From the NCBI GenBank assembly GCA_052327205.1, contig CM126209.1:39866001-39930000 (forward strand): DNA of 64,000 bases, written 5' to 3'. Shown piece by piece: positions 21,801 to 35,170 of the stretch. Within the stretch, counting starts at the first letter, position 1. The number at the start of each line of letters is the position of its first letter. The DNA is from Somniosus microcephalus. Lineage: Eukaryota. The position numbers and the translations under genes were made by a program. Below the pieces are notes generated by a model, which did no database searches, had not been told where the DNA came from, and saw only the letters and a list, made by a program, of their open reading frames with translations.

Positions 21801-24800
21801 ACCCCTCCCAGCGCTGACCCTGTGGATGCTGGCAGTGGGTCAGCCATCACTGACCCTCTCCGCAACTCCGTCCAGAATGTCCGTTCACTTGCGAACAAGG
21901 CCCTTGCCATCCATGAGCTAATCGTGGATGATTGCATCGACATCATGGCCCTGACAGAAACTTGGTTGAGGGGTGATGACACCTTACCCTTAAATGAAGC
22001 CTCCCCGCCTGCCTATACCTTCCACCACTTGCTTCGCTCAGACCGCCGTGGTGGCGATGTGGCTCTCATCACCAAATCACACCTTGGTCTGTCCCCCTAC
22101 TCCTCCGGCACTTTCTCCTCCTTTAAGCATCTCACCTTATTCCACCCCCTCACCTCTCATTTAAAATTCTTGTTCTCTACCGCCCACCCAAATACCATAA
22201 AAATGTTAGTACTGAGATATCTTCACTGCTTTCCTCCCTCAGCCTCTGCACCGAGCAACTTCTCATCCTCAGTGATTTCAACCTTCATCTCAAATCATCA
22301 CGCTCTCTCTCCTCTGAGTTCACTAGCCCCCAATCCTCCCTTAATCTCTCCCTCCATGTAAACTCCCCAGCCCATATTCACGGCCACCCCCTCAACCTTG
22401 CCATCTCTCATGGCCTCGCTACTCCCATCATACCAATCGCAGATAAGGCCATCTCTGACCATTTCCTCATATCGCTCTCCACCCACATCCCCCATCCACC
22501 CATCTCCCAACCCTACTTGCTTCTGTGTCCGCCCTGGAAAAAATCTCTGTCCCAACTCTCTTACAACTGCACTTACGAAATCCCAATTTCCAGCCTTTGG
22601 TCCTCCATTCACTATGACATTTCTGCAGCTACTGATCTGCTCAACCACACCCTCACCACCACCTCTGATGCCCTAATCCCCATTAAAACAATTACTCCCG
22701 CTCACCCTGGCCATTCCCCCTGGTATGGCCCTCATCGTCGATCCCTTAAGTCTAAGGGACGCAGACTTGAATGGATATGGATATGGCAGACAACTGGTTT
22801 AGCCACATGAAGCATTATTGGGTCCTGCTCTCGTCTGCCAAAATTGCTCACTATTCCAGAATATTCCAGAATCATTCTGGAATGCAAAGATAAACCCCGG
22901 CTTCTATTCTCCACTGCTAACCGTCTTCTTAAAGCCCTCTCCCCTGTCTCCTCCACGCTCACCTCCAATAACAAGTGTGAGGAGCTCATGGGCTTCTTCG
23001 TCTCTAAGATCGCGACCATTGGTTCAGCTGCCTCTGCCACTTCCCTTCCTTCCCCTAGCCCACCGGGCCAAACTTCCTCTCAGGTTCCCCCTGCCCTAGC
23101 CTTGAACTCACATCTTTCTCCAGTTTCTCTCCAATCTCCCCTCATGACCTCTCCGCGCTCATCATGTCCATTAGACCCACTTTCTGCTCCCTCGACCCTA
23201 TTCCCACCAAACTGCTGGCCACCCAACTTCCTTTTCTTGCTTCCATGTTAGCTGACATTGTTAACAGTTCTCTCTCCTCGGGTACTGTCCCCCAAATCTG
23301 CCGTCATCACCCCTCTCAAAAAAAAACCTTGACCCCTCCATCCTAACAAACTACCACCCCATCTCCAACCTCCCTTTCTTCTCCAAAGTCCTTGAACATG
23401 TTGTTGCCTCCCAAATCCGTGCCCATCTTTCCCGCAACTCCATGTTTGAATCCCTCCAATCAGGTTTTCGCACCTGCCACAGTACCGAAATGCCTCTCAT
23501 CAAAGTCACAAATGACATCCTTTGTGACTGTGACAAAGGTAAACTATCCCTCCTCGTCCTTTTTGACTTGTCTGCAGCCTTTGATATGGTTGACCACCCC
23601 ATCCTTCTCCAACGCCTCTCCACCGTCATCCAGCTGGGCGGGGCTGCACTCGCCTGGTTCCATTCTTACCTATCTAATCATAGCCAGAGAATCACCTGGA
23701 ATGGCTTCTCTTCCCGCTCCCACATCGTTACCTCTGGTGTCCCTCAAGGATGAATCCCTGGCCCCCTCCTATTTCTCATCTACATGCTGCCCCTTGGCGA
23801 CATCATCCGAAAAGACAGCGTTAGTTTCCACATGTACGCTGACAACACCCAGCTCTACCTCACCACCACTTCTCTCAACCCCTCCACGGTCTCTAAATTG
23901 TCAGACTGCTTGTCCGACATACAGTTCTGGATGAGCAAAAATTTTCTCCAATTAAATATTGAGAAGACCGAAGCCATTGTTTTCGGTCCCCGCCACAAAC
24001 TCCATTCCCTAGCCACTGACTCCATCTCTCTCCCTAACATCTGGCTGAGGCTGAACCACACTGTTCGCAACCTTGATGTCATATTTGACCCTGAAATGAG
24101 CTTCCAACCATATATCTGCAGCATAACTAAGACCGCCTATTTCCATTTCCATCGCCCTTCTCTGCCCTTGCCTCTGCTCATCCGCTGCTGAAACCCTCAT
24201 CCATACCTATGTTACCTCTAGACTTGACTATTCCAATGCAATCCACGCCGGCCTCCCACGTTCTACCCTACATAAACTTGAGGTCACCCAAAACTCGGCT
24301 GTCCATGTCCTAACTTGCACCAAGTCGCGTTTATCCATCACCCCTGTGCTCGCTGACCTACATTGGCTCCCGGTTAAGCAATGCCTCGATTTCAAACATC
24401 TCATCCTTGTTTTCAAATCCCTCCCTGGCCTCACCCCTCCCTATTTCTGTAATCTCCTCCAGCCCCACAAGCCCCCGAGATATCTGCGCTCCTCTAATTC
24501 TACCTCTTGAGCATCCCTGATTATAATCGCTCAACTATTGGTGGCTGTGTCTGCTGTTGCTTAGGCCCTAAGCTCTGGAATTCCCTATCTAATCCTCTCC
24601 GCCTCTCTACCTCTCTTTCCTCCTTTAAGATGCTTCTTAAAACTTACATCTTTGACCAAGTTTTTGGTCATCTATCCTAATTTCTCCTTATGTTGCTCGC
24701 TGTCAAATTCTTTGTCTTATAATACTCCTGTGAAGCGCCTTGGGACGTTTTACTATGTTAAAGGCGCTATAAAAATACAAGTTATTGTTGTTGTTTAGTC

Positions 24801-25686
24801 GTCAGTGGCCTTGACCAACTCCTGCTGGACGCGTGAAGGCCCTGCACTCTTCTCCTGCAAGGAATAAAGAAGAGACCTATGTGAGAGTAAGGGCATGTGT
24901 TCACCCGATGGATGGAGAGCATTTGCTGAGGGTGACCATGAGGGAGAGGCATGACATTGCATAAGGATGAGGGTGAATGGGAGTGATGAATGGATAGATG
25001 GTGATGTGAGGAAGTGCACAGACAGAAAGGGATGGGTACACCTGCAAGGTAAGTGGGTGTGACGAGTGATATGCTGCAGTAGACTTGAGAGGGCAGAGTG
25101 AGGGGGTTGGGGGTGACAGCAGGATGTAGGAGAATGTGCCACTGCTCTCACTTTTCCTGCCCTGGTTAGATCATTGAACCGCTTTCTGCATTGGATCCCG
25201 GAGCATGGTACTACGCTCCTGCTGCTGACCTCTTCTGTTACCTCCAACCACGCCTTCTAGGTTTCCCCAGCAGGCTTCTACCTCCCGTTGGTAGGGAAGA
25301 GCATCTCTCTCCGGGTCCTCCCAGCGCCCAGCAGCACATCCAGGGAGGCGTCCGTGAAGCGGGGCGCAGCCTTTGACTGCCTCGCTTCGATTTCTGACCT
25401 TCCTCCTCTCTTTTTCCCAACTCCAACTGCTTTAACTTCCATGTTTGGATTGTCCCTTTAAATACTAGTGTTGAGATTGTGTCATGCGGGTTGTCATCAC
25501 ACCCACTGACGCTGATTGGACGGGAAACCCAGAAATAAAATGCTAATGAAGTGGCTGCGTTAAAAAGCCACTGACAGACGTGCCTAACATATTTACAGGT
25601 TTCCTGCACGCCCACCCACCACCTCCCCCCTCCCCCACCCATCCCACCCCCAACTCCCAACGCGTCTGCACATTAAAATCCAGCCC
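18892..25686 (-). mobile_element. Harbinger deletion derivative (Myb gene remnants on -, transposase N-terminal remnant on +) carrying a nested L2
   Basis: TIR GGGCTGGACTTTAATGTGCAG / CTGCACATTAAAATCCAGCCC with ATT/ACT flanks. Myb motif QCRKRFNDLTR; transposase remnant RIYRQRISFLDMSE near 19535-19580. Confidence 0.85.
20575..24796 (+). mobile_element. L2-clade LINE, probably near full length, with ORF2 (APE + RT) disrupted
   Basis: APE NVRSLANK...MALTETWL; RT QSGFR, DLSAAFDMVDH, GVPQG and MYADNTQLY; (GTT)n tail. AGTC is duplicated at 20571-74 and 24797-800. Confidence 0.93.
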
Positions 25687-26386
25687 ACTGAATTCAACAT
25701 GCTTGAGGAGGATGAGCCAATGGATGTCGGCAAGGACAGAGGATATATATGAGCTGGCATAGGGTGCAGGAGTGGATTTCAGTATGAGTTGAATTCTGTG
25801 TAGGGGGCAGCTCGGGAGGCTAGCAAGAATACCTCAACAGAAACAATAGGAGCATAAGAGGGCAAAAATTATCAATGCCTAGTTATGTAAACACAAACAC
25901 TTTACATTACAGTAGTGCCATGACTCTCAACATCTGGCTCCCTCACAGTTGATTACACTGTCAAACATAAATCTATTGGCTGCATAACAGCATAGGAGAC
26001 CTGGTTTTCCTCTGAAACTCAGAGATCCCTTGTCAGGCTTGTGTAAATGCTGTCACAATTCTTACATGATGTAAATACTGTCATAATTAAGAACATGAGA
26101 ATATAAGAATTAGGAGCAGGAGTAGGCCATACGGCCCCTCGAGCCTGCTCTGCATTCAATAAGATCATGGCTGATCTTCCAACTCAACTCCACTTTCCTG
26201 CCCGATCTCTCTATCCCTTGATTCCCCTAGAGTCCAAAAATCTATCTATCTCAGGTTTGAATATACTCAACAACTGAACAGCCACAGCCCTCTGGGGTCG
26301 AGAATTCCAAAGATTCACAACCCTCTGAGTGAAGAAATTTCTCCTCATCCCAGTCCTAAATGGCCGACCCCTTATCCTGAGACTAT

Positions 26387-28204
26387 GGCCGGAATTTTGC
26401 CTACCTTGGCGGGTCCAGTGAGAGCGACCCCGCTGCTAGCTCCATCCCGCTGTTGAAAATGAACTTACCTTAATGGGGTCTATTAATGGGGCGCGTTACC
26501 TGGGCCAATTAGATGGAGCGGGTCTGGTGACATCATTCATGATGTATTTTCAGACGTGATCTTTAAAGAGACTATGGCCACTTTGGATTTGAAGTTTAAT
26601 CTAACATAGTGCTGTCAGGGATCAAGGGATATGGGGAGAAAGCAGGGACAGGGTAATGAATTTGGATGATAAGCCATGATCTCATTAAATGGCGGAACAG
26701 GCTCGAGGGGCTGAATGGCCTACTCCTGCTCCTATCTTCTATGTTTGTGCACTATAGCATTGGAGTGCTGCAAACACTGACAATGACTGCACAGAGGCAG
26801 AGGGCTGCACCCAGGTTCTCCGATGACTCCCTCCACATGTTTGGGGCGGAAGAAACCTCTCCAGGAGACCAAGACAGCCTGGTTGCAGATTGCAGAGGAG
26901 GTCACAAGCAGGGATGTGGTCAAGAGGACCTGGGTGCAGTGCCTCAAACATTTCAATGATCTCATTAGATCAGGAAACGTGAGTACAAAGCCACACTCAA
27001 CCTCATCCTGCTGTGCCTCTCATCACATCCCCATCACTCTGCCTTCCCTACCCTACTCATGCACATCCTTACTCACACCAACATATCTTGCAACTCCACC
27101 CATCCCTCTCTAACTACATTACCACATCTCCATCTCACTGAACACCCCTCACACTCACCCTCATCCTAGTCCAATCATACCAACTAACAACACACAAGGG
27201 TAGCCACTTGGATGTTTTATCCAATGTTTATGTAAAGTTTCTGTTAATATGGTGTGAACATACAAAACTTTCCGCTCTTGGATAGATTTGTGTGCACCTT
27301 TGGAAGTAGCTTAGTGAGTTGCAGTGAATGGTGAGACATAACGGTACCCCCCGCAATGCTGATGAGTGTGAAAGGAATGGCTTGGCCATTGTAGGGAACC
27401 TTTATGGTGTTGGTGTAGGGAGGTGCCAACCTGGTGTCTCATGTGGCAGCCATATTGGTGTACAGAGTCAAGTTAACTAAATCTGGCGATGAGGCCATCC
27501 CTGGCCACCCGGGCAGCAATGTGCTCGGGTGCTGATGCCCTCTGTCCTGTGCAGCATCAGGTGATTGCGGAGGAGGTTGGTGTTGTTGTTGGTGATGCTG
27601 GTGTGCCTGGTACTGTTGGTGTTGGGGCTCATCGTGGTCAGATTCTGAGGACCAAGGTGAGACAGTATAAACGTCGCCCATGTTGATGGAATAGATAGTA
27701 GGTGAAGCAATCTGTCAATGGTGAGAGAGGTTCTTCCAATGAGGTGACACTGGATAGAGACTTTGCTTGAAAGACTTGCAGCCTGCAGAAAGCTCAATCT
27801 GTGTTGCCAATGCAGTGAGAAACAGCTTCTGCCTAAGGAAAGTGATCAGCTGTCAGGTGGGAGCTTTTATAGTACATTTCATCCTGTCAACTAATCAGCT
27901 GGAGCAATGGTCACTCAACTCCCGCCTCAGGTTTACAGACGTGCTTCCCGAGCAGCGTGGTCCCCGTGGCAATCCAGTTAAATGTGTTTAAAAACACTCA
28001 AGGGTCTGACAACAAGCTAATAATTGTTTAAATTGGGTTGCCCGCCTCTGCCGGTCAGGTTGGGTCCGCGATGACAGACGCACCTAGGGGAAAGGCGCGT
28101 GTGAGCGAGAGGACAGCGGGTTCCTGACCCACTCCCAAAAATAACAACTTTCCCACCCAACCCGCCACCAATCTCACCCGCTACCACCCCGGAAAATTCC
28201 GGCC
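26387..28204 (+). mobile_element. Non-autonomous Harbinger derivative related to 5139-6910
   Basis: TIR GGCCGGAATTTT / AAAATTCCGGCC with TAT target duplication. Myb remnant AWLQIAEEVTS...TWVQCLKHFNDL. Confidence 0.9.
26618..26745 (+). mobile_element. Short CR1 3'-end insertion inside the Harbinger derivative
   Basis: Matches the reverse complement of the CR1 tail at about 830-975 and is absent from the 5139 copy. Confidence 0.85.
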
Positions 28205-28512
28205 TATGTCCCCCTAGTTCAAGACTCTACAGCCAGGGGAAACAGCTTCTCAGCATCTACCCCGTCAAGCCCTCTCAGAATCTTACATGTTTCAATGAGA
28301 TCACCTTTCATTCTTCCATACTCCAGAGTGTACAGGCCTATTCTACTCAATCTCTCCTCATAGGACAACCCTCTCATCCCAGGAATCAATCTAGTGAATC
28401 TTCGTTGCACCGCCTCTAAGGCAAGTATATCCTTCCTTAAGTACAAAGACCAAACCTGTACACAGTACTCCAGGTTTAGAGCCATCACTTCTGAGGTCTA
28501 TGACCAGATTTA

Positions 28513-30106
28513 AGACTTCAAGAAAGGTGACAAGTCCGATTGCGGTAATTACAGAGGAGTTTCCCTGTTGTCTGCCACAGGGAAAGTCATTGCAAGAATC
28601 CTCCTCAATCACCTTCTCCCAGTGGCTGAAGAGCTCCTCCCAGAGTTGCAATGTGGATTCCGCCCACTAAGGGGCACAATGGACATGATCTTCACCGTGC
28701 GTCAACTACAAGAGAAAAGCAGCGAACAGCACCAACCGCTGTACATGGCCTTCTTTGACCTCACAAAGGCCTTCAACGCTGTCAACTGTGAGTGGTTATG
28801 GAGTGTCCTCCTCAAATTCGGCTGCCCTCAAAAGTTGGTCACCATCCTCCGCCTGCTTCGCGATGACATGCAAGCCGTGATCTTGACCAACAGATCCACC
28901 ACAGACCCAATTCACGTACAGACCGGGGTCAAGCAAGGCTGTGTCACCGCACCAACGCTCTTCCCGATCTTCCTTGCTGCAATGCTCCATCTCACCCTCA
29001 GTAAGCTCCCCGCTGGAGTGGAGCTAAACTACAGAACAAATGGAAAACTGTTCAACCTCCGTCGCCTCCAGTCCAGATCCAAGGTTGCCCCATCCTCTGT
29101 CATCGAATTACAGTATGCAGACGATGCTTGCGTCTGCGCACACTCGGAGGTCGAACTCCAAACCATCGTCAACACCTTCACCGAAGCGTACGAGAGCATG
29201 GGCCTTACACTAAACATCTGCAAGACAAAGATCCTCTACCAACCTGCCCCCGCCACATAGTACGGCCCCCCGATTATCAAAATCCACGATGAGGCCTTGG
29301 ACAACGTGGACCACTTTCCATACCTCAGGAGCCTACTGTCAACAAGGGCAGACATCGATGACCAAGTCCAACACTGCCTTCAGTGTGTCAGTGCAGCCAT
29401 CGGTCACCTGAGGAAGAGAGTGTTTGAAAACCAGGACCTCAAACCCAGTACTAAGCTCATGGTCTACAGAGCAGTAGTGATACCCACCCTCCTGTATGCT
29501 TCAGAGACATGGACCATGTACAGCAGGCACCTCAAAGCACTAGAGAGGTATCACCAATGCTGCCTCCGCAAGATCCTGCCAATGCACCAACGTCAGTGTT
29601 CTCGCTCAGGCCAACATCCCCAGCATCGAAGCTCTGACCACGCCTGATCAGCTCCGATGGATGGGCCACATTGTCCGCATGCCTGATACGAGACTCCCAA
29701 AACAAGCGCTCTACTCGGAGCTCCGGCACGGCAAGAGAACCCCAGGTGGGCACAGGAAACGCTTCAAGGACACCCTCAAAGCCTCCTTGAAAAAGTGTAG
29801 CATACACACCGACACCTGGGAATCCCTGGCCCAAGATCGCAAAAAGTGGAGGAGAAGCATCCGGGAAGGCACCGAACACCTCGAGTCTCTTCGCCGGGAG
29901 CAAGCGGAAGCCAAGCGTAAACAGCGGAAGGAGCGCACGTCAACCCAAGCACCTCACCCACCCGCCCCTTCAACCACCGTCTGCCCCACCTGTGACAGAG
30001 ACTGTAGGTCCTGCATTGGACTCATCAGTCACCTGAGAACTCATTTTTGGTGTGGAAGCAAGTCATCCTCGGTTCCGAGGGACTGCCTAAGAGAAGAGAA
30101 GAGAGA
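28513..30106 (+). mobile_element. RTE-clade LINE, 5'-truncated
   Basis: Motifs NYRGVSLL, QCGFRP, GVKQGC, LQYADD and a C-terminal CPTC...HLRTH finger; (GAGAA)n tail. A 16-bp target duplication TCTATGACC(A/T)GATTTA lies at 28497-512 and 30107-122. Confidence 0.93.
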
Positions 30107-32549
30107 TCTATGACCTGATTTATTTAAAAAAAACAAAGTTCATTGTTTTTAAAGCTGAAAAATTCTATGTTGTGCTGTGCCATTGATCTCCTAGTAACAC
30201 AACAGAGGCCAGTTTGGAAAATGGAAATGTACGTAAGACCAGTGAGGTGATTTTAACCCTACCCACCCGATGGAAAACATGCGGGTGGACAGTTAAAATC
30301 TCCCAGGTCAGTTACCCACCCTGGAGCCGCCGGAAGCTGACCTGCCAGGATTTTCACTGCAAGAGGCAAGGACACCCGCCCAAAGCCAGTGGAGTCCTCT
30401 TTAGCATATGTACGCTGGGTCCTAATGACGTTATCGGGACCCGACTGCAATTTTTACTAGTAGACATGAGCGGGAAGCGGCAGCGAGTTTCTCGCCAGAC
30501 CTACTCAGCGAGGAACCATATCGGGGCCAGAAGAGGCCCCAAAAGGTACGTTTAATCATTTAAAATTTTTTTGTTGGGCCAGGAGAGCAGAAGTGCTGCT
30601 CCAAGCCCCACAGGAAAATCGGAGATCTCCCCAGTGGTGACAGCACCCCCTCCTGATTTTGGGGACCCTCGCAGGAATGCTTGGCAACTGATCCCACAGA
30701 CCTTCCTGCTCCTGGCTGCAGGAATTTGCGCCGCTTCCTGATGGCTTTCCCCCTCGAACAGATGGGAATTTGGACAACAGCATTTGAATGAGGCCTGGGA
30801 GTTTAAAGTACCCCAGGCCTCACTTTTGCTGCAGCGGGTGTGTTTAGAACTGACATGGAAACTCACCTGCCGAAAACTAGAGCCCAGTTTAAATCAGGGC
30901 TCTCTGTTTTCTGAACTGGCCTCCAATAGACTACAGGATACCCAGAGGCACAGCACAGCATATAAATGTGCAACAACAACACAAGGATTGGTTTGATGAC
31001 ATTCTCCCAAAAAACCAAGACTAAAGTTAAAGCTCCTCAATAAAAGCATTTTGAACAACAAAACTGAAAATTAAAACCCAATCAAAGGTCACTTACTGGA
31101 ATAAAACATTGAGCTAGATGTGTTAGAAAAACATTATTGATCACAACATAGTTTTACACACCCTGCAAAGATGTGGACTCTGTCATTTTGTCTGCAATCT
31201 ACCTTCAATCTCATCTTGGTCAATAAGCTATTATTATATCACAAGGTAGAATGTAATTTAATTGCAATACTTTTTCAAATTTTATGGTTTTGACAACCCT
31301 GCACTAAAAATGGTGACTATGGGGCCAATTATGTGCTCCAGCCAGGATTGTGACAGGACCGCATTGCAACGGGACCACACTGCACTGACTAAGGAGTTCT
31401 GACCTTGCCTGAGTTTGAAAGGACAGCTCATTAATTGAACACGCTCTCTGCATACATTGGTACAAGCACAGGGATCGCAACTGATGTATGGGCAGGATAT
31501 CAAATGCATTTTTTAAAAGGATTAGCCATGGAAAGGTTGGTGGCCGCACAGAGTCAAAAATTCTTAGAGCCTTTAAAAGATCTCAAAATAGTGGTTAAAT
31601 ATTGGTCAACCTTTCTGAAGGCTGCATGGGGAAAATAGGTTGCAGGTGAATAGCAAGGGGCAGCACGTGCAACGTGGAGGCAAGAGTCTCTTGCGAGTGG
31701 CACAGCAAGTGGAGGTGCTGCTACATAAAGTGAGTGCAAGGAGAGTTGGCCCATTTACCCCAGAGTAACCTACACCCAAGATGGTAGTGCACCATGTCTG
31801 GCAGGAAGTGGCAGCCAGGTTTACAGGATCTGAGCTTAGATGTGGGAAAAGAGAGCACATTTTAACGAACCTGGTAAGGTAAGATCACCCAACAGTACCA
31901 TGTACCAGGTATGTCTGAAGATTGCTTGCCTCGTTTGCCTTCCAACCTGTTCTACATTTAATCTTCACCCATGCCAAGCCTTCACACAGCCTTACAGTTC
32001 TTTCATGGCATTTCATCCATACCCATACTTCAGTAGAACACATATTGGAAGTAAAATTAATACACTGACATATTCGAAAGGCTTCACACATCAAGTCATT
32101 GTAACACTAGCTACATAATGCATGGTAACTTACTGACATTCATGGGTAATTTTAACTTAACGCACCCAGCGGGATCGGGTTGGCCGCCCAGTTTACACCC
32201 CTCACGATTTTATTCTCCACTGACATTAATTCATTAATTCACTGGTTCCCAGTGCACCATTAATTTATTAATTTGGTGCTGCTCAATTATTTTGTTGGTG
32301 TGTCTGCTGCTTCGTGAATTTCTTAATTGTTGAAAAATGAATGTGCTACTGCTCCATTAATTTAGCGATTTGCTGCTTTCACTTTTTGTCATGCCTACTG
32401 CTACCTTCATTAATTAATTCACTGGTTCCCACTGTACCAGTAGTTTACTGATTTGTTGCTGTGCCTGCTGCTCTATTTATTTTATGTCTTGGTTTGCTCG
32501 CTGCTCTATGAATTTATTAATTCACTGTTGCTGGGCCCTGCAGTCCACT

Positions 32550-32825
32550 TGATCAGCAGCCCATCCACCAACCTAAACATCGAATCCCTCCACCACCGAT
32601 GCACCATGGCTGCAGTGTGTACTATCCACAGGATGCATTGCAGCAACTTGCCATGGTTTATTTAACAGCACCTCCCAATCCACGACCTCCACCAACTAGA
32701 AGGACAAGAGCAGAAGGTGCATGGGAACACAAACATCTTCAAGTTTCCCTCCAAGCTCACCACCACCTTCTCAAGAGCAACTAGGGATAGACAATAAATG
32801 TAGGCCTTGCTGAGAATGAATTTTT
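32550..32825 (+). mobile_element. 3' tail fragment of a second CR1-group LINE family
   Basis: Aligns with 50155-50580 (ccatccacca...gcaactagggat). Confidence 0.75.
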
Positions 32826-33351
32826 TTAAAACTCCACCATGATTGAGGATGACGACATTTATGGAAGCTCCTCCTCCTATCGGTTGCCTGACTATCCACC
32901 ACCATTCTGAACTGGATGTGTTAGAGCCAAAGAACTTCAGTTATGGAACTGCTCTGATCTGCCTATGCCTGCTGCTTTTGATGTTTAGCATACAGGTAGC
33001 CCTGTGTTGTAGCTTCAGTAGGCTGGTATGCCTGGTATTACTCCTGACACATCCTTCCACACTTCACATTGAACCAGAGTTGATCTCCTGGCTTGATGGA
33101 AATGGAGAACTGAGGGATGTGTGAGGCCATGAGCTTTCTAGCTAATCCAGTACTGCAACCACTAGGCTACAGTACCCATTAGTCATAACATCAGCAAATA
33201 AATTAATGCAACTGCAGGGTATCTGTGAATTAATCAATTAATGGAACTGTGGGCACTCCAAAAAATCAATAAATTAATGGAGTAGTGGGAACCAGACAAT
33301 TAATAATAAAGATCTTTAAAGTCAGCTTTTATTGCCAATTAAAAAAACATT

Positions 33352-34076
33352 GGCCCAGAAATTCGGGTCTCCACGGGTGAGTACGCACGGGCCCAATGGA
33401 AGTGCCGGTTTCCTGCATGCACTGCGCATGCACGGGAAACTGGCACTTCCATTCCCCTGAAAGCAGGGGTTCAGAGGTCGAACGCGTGTGCGGGAGAGGC
33501 TGCGCGTGCGCATCGAACTTCGTTTTTTTTACAGGTTTTCCCGGGAAGGTAAGCCTGCAGAATTTAGAAATGTAAAAAGCAGGCGTAAGGCCTGCTTTTT
33601 ACAAGGTAAGTGGTGAATTAATTAAAATTAAAACATTTTTTCCACAGGTTTATTATTTTTAAATACTTTAAAGCAAGGTAAACTTATTTTTAGCCCCGTT
33701 AGAAAATAAAATTATTTTTTCCAAAAATTTAAATTATTGTTTATTTAAAAAATGTGATTTAAAAAAAAAAATTATTTGAAGATTTAGTGATGTTTTGTAA
33801 GAAGGACCCGTAGTATTTCTAAGTTTGACAGCACTTCCTGTCAGACTTATGAATGGAGCATTCCCTGCTCCAATTGGCTCCCCGTGGCCCACGTGGTCCC
33901 AGGGGACACGTCGAATTAACTGCGCCCCTGGGATACGCTAGCACTGCGCGCCGGCAGCTGGACCAGGCCCCGGATTGGAATTCCACGGGGGCCCACAGTT
34001 CAACGGCCGGCGTGCTAGGTAAGTGCAGATCGGGGGCTTACACCCGTGGGAAGCCCCCGACCCGAATTTCTGGGCC
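33352..34076. mobile_element. Harbinger-type MITE family A, uninterrupted copy (725 bp)
   Basis: Perfect TIR GGCCCAGAAATTCGGG / CCCGAATTTCTGGGCC with ATT target duplication. Confidence 0.93.
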
Positions 34077-34099
34077 ATTTTTTCTGGGTTTTTGTAAAG

Positions 34100-35170
34100 A
34101 ACATCGATGAGGCCTCAAGTGAGTATTGTGTGCAGTCCTGGACACTCCATTATTGGGAACATATTAGAGCCGTGGAAAAGGTTATGGTTATGAAGAAACA
34201 CTTGAAAAAGTGGGGCTTTTCACCAGACCAGAGACTTAGGGAAGATTTGATAAAGGCTTTTAAAATTATGAAAGGTTTTGAGAGAGTAAATAAAGACTAG
34301 TGGGCAAACCAATAACAACGAGGCATAGACTCATGATTATCACAAGACGAACAAAGGGGAAAGTTAGAACTTTTTTTAACAAAGAAAATTGGAACATAAA
34401 ATGCTTTATCACAAGTGGCTATTGAGTTTGTGACATATTTAAAACTGAATTGGATAAATATTGAAAAAAAAAGACCGTAATGGCAGAAAAAATCAGAGAA
34501 ATGGGATTAAAGTAGATCAAAGAAAGACTTACATTTATATAGCGCCTTTCACAACCTCAGGACGTCTCAAAGTGCGAAAAAACCAACTAAGTACTTTCAC
34601 AAGTACGTGCCACTGATTCCATGCCCCTCCCTAGCCAGACTCTCAGGGTGAACCAGACTATTCACAACCTCAACGTCCTGTTTGACTCTGAGTTGAGTTC
34701 AGATCCCAAAATCCCCGTCATGAAGACCACGTACTTCCAGGCCCACAACACTGCCAGCCTCCATTCCTATACCAGTCCCTCCTCTGCTCCATGTATTTCA
34801 TAGAAAAAGATCCACCACCACATTCTCAGGGCAACTAGGGATGAGTAACAAATGACGGCCTTGTCAGCGATGCCAACATCCCAAGAAAGAATATAGCTGT
34901 TAAAAAAGTCCTTATCTGACTCCAGTCTCCGTTTGCCCCACCATTGGTGGCACAGCCTCCAGCCACCTATGTCCCACTCTCCAGAATTCCCTTCCTAAAC
35001 CCTCTTACATCTCCACCTCTCCTCCTTTAGAAGCCGCCTCAAAAACTCAATTCTTTAACCAAGTTTTTGATCTCCTCTTCAAATTGCTTCTTTCCTGGCT
35101 TGGCATCCATTTCCATATGCCTGTGAAGCACTTTGGAATTTTTTTGTTGTTAAAGGTGCTCTTAAAATGT
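34100..35170 (+). mobile_element. Cluster of degraded CR1, SINE-tail and L2 fragments
   Basis: EYCVQSW...RLREDLIKAFKIMKG (CR1); TIHNLNVLFDSELS and ctgtgaagcactttgg (L2). Confidence 0.6.

Larger units (their letters stand above)
26088..28475 (-). mobile_element. CR1 LINE 3' fragment split by a Harbinger derivative
   Basis: 3' tail at 26088-26386. It resumes at 28208 with LEYCVQVWSLYLRKDILALEAVQRRFTRLIPG. Confidence 0.9.

Noticed and set aside
27350-27396. Second hammerhead-like string CTGATGAGTGTGAAAG
   Set aside because: There is no stem II and no valid UH cleavage site, and the homologous copy at about 6040 reads GTGATGA.
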